NCBI GenBank assembly: GCA_046563655.1
Contig: CM102288.1
Location: forward strand, 3,906,001-3,970,000
Source of the DNA: Yuukianura sp. NJ FZ-2021
Taxonomy: Eukaryota
Reading direction: 5' to 3'
Length of the DNA: 64,000 nucleotides
Position 1 is the first letter of the stretch, and the number at the start of each line of letters is the position of its first letter. Of the stretch, positions 1 through 9,680 are shown in pieces. A program made the position numbers and the translations under genes. The notes under the pieces were generated by a model, which worked only from the letters and a program-made list of their open reading frames with translations, made no database searches and was not told the DNA's origin.

Positions 1-34
1 CAAATTTTATTTTCGGCGTAGTCGGGATCCATTT

Positions 35-529
35 TTATTTTTGAGACGTGACATTTTTGAGCCAAGCGACAAGCTCATCCGTTGATAACTTCCCATCATT
101 GTTCGAATCAGCTTCTTTCAAAACTTGCTCAAAATTCAAATCCGGAATAGAAGGATCATGAATGATGATGAGTCGAAAGCAAGCTTCAAATTCTTCTTTG
201 GAAATGAATCCATCCTTGTCCAGGTCAAAGTCGTTGACATACACTCTGAACAATTGGTGCTTGTTGTGCTGCGTTGTGAAGTAGTTGCGATACTGCTGCA
301 TCGACATGCGTCCCCCGTAGGCCTTGACGTAGTCAGTATATGCCTGGAGTTGCTCCGGAGTCCTTTCCCACTTCATCACGTTCGTGTAAAATTTGGGACC
401 GTCAATTGCAAAATCAATTGTTTGATCTTCTGGTCTGTAGGATTCAAGTGTGACAAAAACTTTACAGAATTCGTCAATTTGCTCTTTCGTGAAAATCGGT
501 GTATCGGGAACGTTAGCTTTTGTTGACAT
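35..529 (-). CDS. Calmodulin-like EF-hand calcium-binding protein, 164 aa, intronless CDS
   Basis: ATG at 529 to TAA at 35. The N-terminus FTKEQIDEFCKVF resembles calmodulin helix A. Two canonical EF loops lie in the C-lobe (DLDKDGFISKEE, DSNNDGKLSTDE). N-lobe loops are degenerate. Confidence 0.85.
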   Translation of the reverse strand: MSTKANVPDTPIFTKEQIDEFCKVFVTLESYRPEDQTIDFAIDGPKFYTNVMKWERTPEQLQAYTDYVKAYGGRMSMQQYRNYFTTQHNKHQLFRVYVNDFDLDKDGFISKEEFEACFRLIIIHDPSIPDLNFEQVLKEADSNNDGKLSTDELVAWLKNVTSQK

Positions 530-1243
530 GGTGTGCCTGATTTCTTTTGTGCAACAACCTCACCAATCAAAGGAAAAGTCAAAGTCTAAGTGAAGTTTCA
601 ATAGACCTGACTATTAGTTTTGATTTTAAATAGAAGCGTTTTCTGTAGGTGGGAAACCAGTTTAACCACTCTTTTCTGATTTCAAAACTGGACCTTAATA
701 ATTAAAGAAAAATGCAAGTACAAGATTAATTAATTAAAGAAAGCAAGATTAAGCAAACTGCGCTGCTCACTTTGAGCAATAAACTTTTCTTTGTGACGAT
801 GACTGCTTGTGGCTAGGTTGATGATGAGCAGGGATGTCAAAAATATTTAGTCTCCATTCCCGTAGTGTTTAATAAACAAAATATTTCCTGTTTTTTTTTG
901 TTACTAAACATTTTTATTTCTTTGCTCATGCTCTGAATGTTAAGTAAGTAAATATTTGGGCAATTAAAAAACTCGAACAAGTTACAATTTAAATCGTTTC
1001 TTGGCTAATTAATGTGAATTCATCAATTAACTTAATTGATTTAATTATTTAATTACCACATTCGACTTTGCTCAATGTCAAAACTAAACTGGAATGACAA
1101 AAATAGAATTGCGTATTTTTGCAAAGCTTTTGGAGTTCCACAATTCATTTTTTCTGTTACAAAATGTTGATGGCCTAGTTTGCCGAGTTTTATTTCGGAC
1201 AAATTGTTTCGGACAAATTCGGACAAATTGGGGCCATTTTTAT

Positions 1244-1809
1244 TCATGCGTGTTCTGTTACGTTTTTGAGCCAAGTCACAAGTTCGTCGCAACTGAGTTT
1301 GCCATCCCGGTTTTCATCTGCTTGTTTCAAAACTTCTTCATAGCTCAACATCGGTATTGACGGATCATGCGCAGTGATCGTTCTGAAACTCGTTTCGAAT
1401 TCTTCTTTTGAAATGAATCCATCTTTGTCTGCATCGAAGTCATTTACATACACTAAATTAACAGAGATCGGTCATTAGAAAAACTGCGAAACTTTGTCAG
1501 GGTATTTGTGATACACTCACCGCGGAATAGTTGGGCCTTATTGTGTATGGCCGTAAAGTACTTGCGGTATTGCTCCAAGCTCAATCGCCCACCGAACGCT
1601 TCGCCGACGTGCTTGGTGTAAGCGTCAAACTGTTCTTGCGTCCTCGGCCACTTCATGACGTTCGTGTAAAATGCGGGACCGTCAACTGGCCAATCAATCG
1701 AATCATCTTCGGCTCTATAGGTTGGAAGCGTTTTCATAATTTTACAAAATCCTTCAATTTCGTCCTTCGTAAAACTCCGTGTACTTGGAATATCGTGTTT
1801 TGTATCCAT
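1244..1809 (-). CDS. Tandem paralog of the EF-hand protein, 2 exons (1809-1521, 1452-1244)
   Basis: Donor G|GTGAGT at 1520 and acceptor TTTAG at 1453 define a 68-nt phase-1 intron. Removing it restores QLFRVYVNDF, collinear with the 35-529 protein. EF loops are DADKDGFISKEE and DENRDGKLSCDE. Confidence 0.88.
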
Positions 1810-2200
1810 AGTTACTCCTGATTTCCTAATCCTAACAGCGGTTTCTCTGGAAGGACTCTAGTCAAAAATCAAAATGACTCTGAAAGGACTTTTTTGAATT
1901 CTTTTGTTTTCAACTTCTGGTTCTTTATTGAAGTTTGGTCAAAAGCAATTCCGAAAACGTAAAAATTTGAAAACCGGATTAGAATCGTCTTCAGTCTCAA
2001 AAGCTAAAAAAATGTCCACGGTGGACCTTACTCGACCACTTTCTGCTAAATTGGGAATGATTTAAATAATTTAGCATTTAATTTTTTACGCTATTTTTTT
2101 TTAAGTTGATCATTTACTTTTAAGAAATATACAGAGCTGTTTTACAAATTGCTGATTGACGGAATTTCCTTAAGTTTTGATTGGTTTTTGAAGAGATTTC

Positions 2201-5200
2201 CTAAGTTTTGATTGGTTTTTGAAGGTACGGTGGCACCACAAGTTCGTCTTCCCCTGCCGTCATTGGTACGTTGTACCAGTAGTTTCTGTCACGAACTTGT
2301 CCATTCTTAACGAGGAAAAGTTGACCTTGACCTTCCTGGATTAGCGTATCTGTGTACTTGATTTGCTGTGAATCCACAAGTAACGCTTTGTAAAGCTACA
2401 AAAACAAATTCAAACAATATGACTGATCCTTCATTTCGTTTTCGAAAAATTATGAAATTTTGAAAAACTTTTTGTGAAAGTTCGTACTTTCCAAGTTTTT
2501 GTTCCAAAAACATTTCCCCAGATGTAGAGGGCGTTGATGTTGCTTCTTGGAATGTTTTCAAGCAAAATGTCAAGGCCGACTGCCGTGAGGTCATTGTAAG
2601 CAATGTTCAGACTTTCCAGACTTGACTCCGCCACTACCTGGGCAAGATGACTAGAGATAAATTTTCAAAAAATCATTTTCAAAAAACGAAATCTGCTTTC
2701 ACTTTGTTGTTACCAATCTTACAGTATGCCTGGATCTCTCAAACGATTATGACTGAGGATAAGATGCTTAAGTGAGTCCGTAACCTTGACGTATTCTGCC
2801 AGTAGTTGTGTCCCGTCTGGACCAATTTCGTTGTTAGACAAATCAAGGACAACCAGTGTCCGGTTGGGCATGAGTCGTTCCATGAAGGCCAACATTCCAG
2901 GTTCGTTGAGCAACCACTTCTGGATGTGCAGGATCTTGACTGAAGTGTTGTTCTTTAATTAAAAAAGTAATTTCCAGTGTTAATTAATTTACATTTTTAA
3001 GTCAATTAATTAAGAGTTACCTTGAGGTAATCTCCCAGCATCTCTGCAAGGACCTCAACCTGTCCAGGATGGAAAAGTGGTCTGTTGAGGACCAAGCGCT
3101 GTGGTCTGGACACAAACGGGTAGAGCATGGCTTTCCTGTGCTCGTCCGACCGCTCGATATCAAGCGCTTCCTCGCGGCGCTCGGTATCAAACGCGTCGTC
3201 GCCTTCTAGCTCTTGTTTTTCTATTAAAAATTTCTGAACGTGGTCAAACAGGTCGTCCACGACGAGTTCTGCTGCAAGGGCGTAGTCTTTTTCGGCTTGA
3301 CGTGCTTCCTAGAAAAGGTCAAAGGTCAAGTTCAAGGTCAAAGGTCAATGGTCACTGAAAAGTGGTAAACTTCATGTTACCTGTCCTTCTAGCAACGCCT
3401 GCATTCCGATATTCTGACCCATGTCCATGACGTCCTTGACGAAAGAAGTAATGGGGTCATCTGAGGTGGCGTCTGACAGGTCATCATCAACTGATGGTGA
3501 CCTGACCTTGGTCATGTACTCGTCATCCGTCAGGCTTCGGTAGTTGAAGGGGTCGCCAGTTCCAATCAACCTGGCGGCTTCTTCAAAAATTCCATCCAGG
3601 AACTTAGTGGCCAAAAACAGCATTTTGTTTTCTGGAGCTGGAGGGATAGACGCTTCCGCCGCAGCGGCTTTCTGCTTTAAACTTTGGAGATGGCACGCCA
3701 TAGTTCCACTTTCATACAAAGCCTAAAGAAACTCAAAATTTCAGAAAAGAAGTTCAAAATTTTGGGGAAAAAATTCATTGAATCTTCTATTACCTCCATC
3801 ATGAACGGATTTTCCAGAAGATTTTTAAAAGTGCCCTCGGCGTTTTCGAAAAGTGATTCAATAAAAATGCGAACAGTTTCTTCGGAAAGTTCACATTCCG
3901 GTGGGACTTTTGGTTTCAACAAGGTCATGACCCGGTCAATCGCTTCTTCAGTGATGTTCCGACAGTCTTCTGCGGTCAAATCTGGACTTTGACCTTGGGA
4001 AATTCTGACCTGTTGACCCCGACGAACAATTTCTACGATGGTCATGAGCACCAGTTGGACAGTATTCGACTGGTCATTAACTCCTGATGCTCCTGCAAAA
4101 CAAAAAGAAATTGAAATTTTTAAGGTCAAAGGTCAAGGTGACTTGACCTTGCCTGCTTGACCAGCAGCTTCATTAAAAGCTCCTCGCAAGTATTGTTTGG
4201 CCGCTGCTGTAGCAGTGTTTTCATCTACGCTGAAATTGTATCCCTGACGAACGTTGTACTCCGAGTCCAAGTGAGTCTGGCGAATGTCTTTGGCCAGAAT
4301 GGACTCCGTAGGGTCAATCGAGTGACCTTGAAAAATGAAGGGCTGTTTGAAGTCACCGAAGGGGTCCCCATGTTCATCCAGGACATTTAGCTTCTCTGGA
4401 TCGTCAACGGGCTCAAGGAATTCGTGGTAAACGGCCTTCGTTGGCTCAATTTTGTACAGATCCGGACTCAAAATGGGAATTTCACGGTAGTTGGTTACTT
4501 TCTGGGGAGAGCTGAGACGGTTGGAGTTGAATGCGGCGATGATATCATTAAGGTCGCCTTGACCTTTGACCTCTTCCAGAATCTGCGCCACTTCGGGGGC
4601 AATGACCTCTTGATCATCGGATGCTTCTTGGGTGATGTTTTGACTAATGTCAAACAGAGTCTGAAGAGCTGTGGCAGAAAACTTTTGAACAACTTCTGGA
4701 TCCATGATGTTTGGCACTGGCTGTACTTTTTCTGGAGTCTCATACTGTTCCAAAATTGATTTTGTTTTTTAACTTTTCAAAAATATTTTTCAAAATTTTA
4801 TTTTCAAAAACCTTGTGCCATTGATCCGGTCCAGTGTCAATGAATAAGTTGGCTGCTCCACTTTTCTCTTCTGTTATCGGCGAGCTCGCCTTTCCAACAG
4901 CTTCGTTGTACTCAATTTTCATCTGTTTCAAAATTTCTAAAAAAAAAATTAAGAAAAAGTTTTCGAAAAATTTGAAACTTCTCGTTGGAAATGCAACGTT
5001 TGTTTAAAATTTTCTCTTTTCGAATCTCGATTTTCCTGGGAAAGTCTTAAATATTTCAGACTTTCTCCGACTCTTGTGACTTTTACTTTCGCTTTGAATT
5101 ATGAACAAAGGTGCGTCTCGCGTTTCCTAATTTCGAAACAAGGAAAAGCATGCTTTGTTTTTCAAATCGTGCGACTTGTTTCGAAACTTCAAATTTTAGT

Positions 5201-7524
5201 TGTTTGACATTTGACCTGGAATGATAGGGTCACGTTATCAAAATGACACAACATTTGTTACAGAAAAGTAAAAGTGATACGTCAATTTCCAACTCAATTA
5301 TTGAATCCATCTCACAAAAACTTGATCTTCCCTACACTTCTAACTCTAAATTATTCACAGGCTAGAATTCTCATTTCAGAAATGAAACAAGAGAGATCAT
5401 TTTTCTCAAGAAATTGAAATTTTCAAAAAAAAAAAAACGAACCTTGTGTCTCTCCATTTTTCAGAAAATTGCAATTTGTAACTAAGGAATCAAATTCTAA
5501 AAGTCAAAGATTGGGTTTCCTGCTGCGTCGGCTTTAATGAGAAACCGGAACGAGAAGCAAAGGTCTCCATTTTGATTGAAAATTTCAAAATTTGATGCAA
5601 TTTTTCTCTGATCTCGGCAGGTGAAAGTCTATTTGTTTTTGGCTTTAGTCTTTAGTATGCCGATTTCAATTGGCTGGATTGTGAACTTTCACCTTTGGCG
5701 CATCACCGAGAGAGAAAGTTGAGCCGCAAAATTGTGGGTTTACGGTACTTTGTGGTGAAGTTTTGCGGAATCCTGGGTTTTTAGATTCCCTGAGGAATCT
5801 GCTTTAGGAAAAATTTTGAAAAGTGAAAACTCTTCTGAATGTACAAACATAACTTTTCCCAACATCCGAACTAAACTATGTAATTAATGGATTAATTTAA
5901 TTAAATTGTTTGATGTTTGACTTTCTACCTCCAGCGAGATTCACATTTAGGTTGAAACCTAACCAGAACCATACCTAAGTCCATAGGTAAAGCCTTTCCG
6001 CGCGTCACGTAATGCGGTGGAGATTCTTCATCTGCGTCCAATGCCATCAGAGCGGCACAAAATGCCTGGAATCCCGCTGCACTCATGTCAGTCTCCCCAA
6101 CGTCCAGGTCTCCTGGAAGGTGCCCTGACAGGACCAAGCAGCTAAGGGCCTCATAACCCTAGTTAAAAAAAAATTTAAAAACCAAATTTTGAAAACTTCA
6201 GAAAAAAAGTTTCTCTTTTGAAATACCATGTCGCCTAATGCATTTCCACTGAGTCTTAAGGATTTCAAAGGTTCGCGGGTCATGATCTTAAGACAAAATG
6301 GCAACAGTCCTTCCCCCGAAATTTGGTTGTTCATTAAATTCAAGTGTTCCACTGTAGGATTATCCTGAAATCAAAAAAACAAAGATTTCGAAGAAAAATT
6401 TTTCGAAAAAGTAGGACAAACATTTTAGTCGATTGTAGACGCGTAGGCGGAAGCGGAAACGTGTTACTTTTTTTTTAGTTTTGTTTAAAAGGGCTAGTGC
6501 TACTTAAGCACTTAAAGCCTAATCTTTTTAGTGTGAAAATCAAGTGATAAGTGACCAATTTGCCTAAAATTTGTGCAAAAAGCTGGCGAAACGTCAATGA
6601 TTCTGATTTACCTCGATAATAGATGCCAAAATTTCGAGTCCCACGTCACTGATTCTGTTGTACGGAAGACTAATGGTGCTGACGCCTCGCAACTCCCGCA
6701 TGACGTTAGAAATAGTCTTCATATCACGGTCTCTGATGCGTTCGCTGTAAAAAGGTCAAAGGTCACAAAATTTCAAAAATGAAAACTTGGAGAAAGTGAA
6801 ATTGTGACTTTACGTGATAATTTTTGGACACAGTTGATTTCCTGGAAGGTACATGACAAGTTTTCCATTGGCGTCGCTTATGAGAACGTCAAGGACGAGT
6901 CCTTCCGTGAGGCTCACACGCCGTCGACGACTCGTGAAAACCGAGTGACAAAATTTCTTTTGGTTGCTCACCAAAGCATCCTCCAGTTTGTGCATAAATT
7001 CATCCAGGGGGTCCCTAAAATAAAGTAGGTCAAGGTCAAAGGTCAAATTTTGATGGGTCAAGTTTTGGCAGGGTTAACTTTAAGGCTAACTTTGGTTCTT
7101 CTGGTGGTGGATGGTAGCAAGTACACTTGACATTGGCAGCACAGCAGGTTGGACAAGACGGTTGTTTGACCGCAACAAGTTCCGGTTCCGAAACACATTC
7201 ACATGGTTCGCAAGAACATGCCTGAAATTGACCTTTGACCTCAAATTGACCTTTGACATTTTCTGAAAAATTATCACTTACATTGGGATCGTCTTTAGAT
7301 TGATCTTGTTCTTGCACAGGCGCAGGTTCAGGAGGATCGCAGTCGCACGGATCACATATACAAGCTTCCCTGAAGTCAGTTGCGGCTGACATGACCTGTG
7401 ACCCCTCTCCCTCCCACTCATCGTTGACCTTTGCCTCTTCAGAGGTCAGCCATGTGTCACCCATCCATTCCAAATCAGATTCCCCTGTCCACTCTACTTC
7501 ACTTTGTGCCTTATTCGATGTCAT
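2201..7524 (-). CDS. LRRC34: Leucine-rich repeat protein 34-like (RNI-type LRRs), multi-exon, with a Cys-rich N-terminus and a large internal insertion
   Basis: Spliced exons give LPGNQ..ERIRDRD, LPYNRISDVG, LNLMNNQISGEG, LRLSGNALGD, LDVGETD, LVLNRPL, LDLSNNEIGPDG, LSHNRLRDPG, IAYNDLTAVG, LYIWGNVF, YTDT and RNYW, in the order I recall for LRRC34. Probable ATG at 7524, TAG at 2201-2203. A few exon boundaries (e.g. the donor near 4150-4165) are ambiguous. Confidence 0.75.
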
Positions 7525-8126
7525 TTTTATGACTTTCGGTTCAGAACGTGCAAAATTTTCGGTAATCCTCAGCTTACAAGGACCCACTTGCACTTACTTC
7601 CCTTCAAAATTGTGAATTATTTTGCAAAATTTGAATTTTTGGGACTTTTTATAAACAAAATTTTTTGTTAGAATCACAGCGTTGCTGTTAGGAACTGCAG
7701 CTTTGTGTAAAAATATCAGGCATGAACTGTCCAGAAAAAATAGGGCATGTCTAAAAAAAATGAGCATGTCTGTCATCCAATTTTCGAAATCGAAAAAAAA
7801 ATGTGTTTGAAGTGATTCGGTTCCTGGTAGAAAGGAGGACCAGAAAGTTGCCATTGCACATGAAAATTGCAAAAGTCATTTCATATTCATCTCCAATCAC
7901 AAAACAACATTGATTTCTCATCACAACAAATTACTATCTTAGACTAATTAATTTCGAAAAGAAAAATAATAAAAGCATCAATTCAAATTTCTAATTTCAC
8001 GACCAACTACTGTTTGACTTTAACATACCTATTTTAAAAGTATGTGCAATTTGAACTCAAATCTCCTGAAAAAAATAGTCCTGGATGGAAAGCTTCGCAT
8101 TTCCAGGTTGAATGAAAACTTCATCC

Positions 8127-8284
8127 CGTTGAAGTAAACTTCACGGTGAGAGATTGTACTCCCAACTTTTAGCATTAGAAGCGTAAAGCCCAATTGTACC
8201 TAACGATCCAAATCTGAAATTGACATTGTACAATACAATGATATCTGGGGGGTACAATCACCCGCCGTAAAGTGTACTTCAACG
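8127..8284. mobile_element. Small MITE-like element with ~37-bp imperfect terminal inverted repeats
   Basis: Left arm CGTTGAAGTAAACTTCACGGTGAGAGATTGTACTCCC versus the reverse complement of the right arm CGTTGAAGTACACTTTACGGCGGGTGATTGTACCCCC (6 mismatches). No clear TSD. Confidence 0.6.
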
Positions 8285-8653
8285 CTACCGGTCGCATCAA
8301 ATTTCAGTTTGAATTTAATTAATTCGGGTGCTTGTGACTGGCTAATTGACTTTTTCTTATTTACTCAAGCCAAAAACTTGTGTTTTACTCAACAAAAAAG
8401 ACAAGGATTATTTATTTTAGTCGCACTTTTGTATTAGGTTTCGCCTTGTTCAAACAGTTTTTTAAAACAAAGTTTTCCTCATCTCCTCTTTTAGCTCAGT
8501 TTTGGAAAAGTAATCCCGGATGTTCCGAAATTTTAATATTCCAAATCTAATGGAGTTTCTTTAATTAAATTGAGCCTTAAGACCACAAAGGGCGGAAGAA
8601 ACAATTTTATTAAAATTATAATTATGACAAATGAAGCCCACACGCTCTGAAAG

Positions 8654-8691
8654 TATAAAATCACCATCCAACCCAGCGTCATGATTCAGTC
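8654..8691 (+). promoter_or_regulatory. TATA box plus initiator of the CNMamide-like gene
   Basis: TATAAAA at 8654 and an arthropod Inr-like TCAGTC at 8686, about 30 nt apart, upstream of ATG 8839. Confidence 0.55.
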
Positions 8692-8838
8692 TTATTTCAA
8701 GGGCTCGTCACAGTTTTTGAAAATTTTAAATGTTTCAAAATTTTGAAAACCCAATGTCTGACATACAGTAGAAAAACCGGAAGTTAGGAAAAGGTGGTGG
8801 AGGTAAACCGAAAATCTTTTCTTTTTAAAAAAGAAAAG

Positions 8839-9680
8839 ATGACACCCAAGTTACTTTTGTTCATCGAAATTTTTTTGCTTCTCGGCCACACTTTTGCTGT
8901 CCCGCGTTTGACCTCTTTTGCTCTCCCGCACTTGACCTCAAGCGACGCTGACAAAGAAGGAGATGGAGCAGACGAGGTCAAGTCAGAGGTCGGCACTTAC
9001 AGAACAGCTCAAGGTCAAGATCAAAGTCACCCTACTGTCAACTTGGTCGACTTTTTCAAAGAAAAAAGAAAGCAGCCGAACTTATTTATCAAAGGAAAGC
9101 GCCCAACAGTAAGAAAAAATTCAACGTCTTAAGAAAAATATTTGGGGAAAGTCATAATTTTGAAAATATTTTTTGATGTTCAAAGGAAACTGACGAGGAG
9201 TCCCAGCAGAGAGATCAATTTTTGAGGCTAATGGGAAAACTGCTTTCACTTTCAAATGCTCCCCCCTCTCACTCCGCTTACAGAACAGGGGAGCTGGTGG
9301 AGGGGGGCCCTTGGGTGGCAGAGCAGAGACAAAGGGACCCTTCGTCCTCAGTTAGTCAATTATTGAGTGCCCTTTATGAGCATCCAGGGAAAATGCCGAC
9401 TTCTGAAGACGAGCATCCTCCCATTTCACTCTACTCGAATAAGCCCTTTGATCCCTTTGGAATTTTCCAGGGAAGAGAAGGAAAACGGTCTGGAGCTAAT
9501 AACCCAGGATGTAAGTGGAAAAGTTGCCAAAAAATTATGAAAAAATTACGCTTTTAAAGAAACATTTTTGAAATTGAATTTATGATTTTAGACATTTGTC
9601 ACTTTAAGTTGTGTCAGTTTGGTTCATCAGGGAAGCGTCTCTACAAACCCAACTCAAGTCAGGGTTACGAGCGGCCATGA
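8839..9680 (+). CDS. CNMamide-like neuropeptide precursor, 3 coding exons (8839-9108, 9186-9510, 9592-9680)
   Basis: Signal peptide MTPKLLLFIEIFLLLGHTFA. The spliced product contains KR-SGANNPGYICHFKLCQFGSS-GKR, and CHFKLC matches the CNMamide ring CHFKIC. Both introns are GT-AG and phase-consistent. Confidence 0.78.

Noticed and set aside
2164..2224. ~30-bp tandem duplication covering the LRRC34-like stop codon
   Set aside because: It is real but only a two-copy local duplication with no evident consequence.
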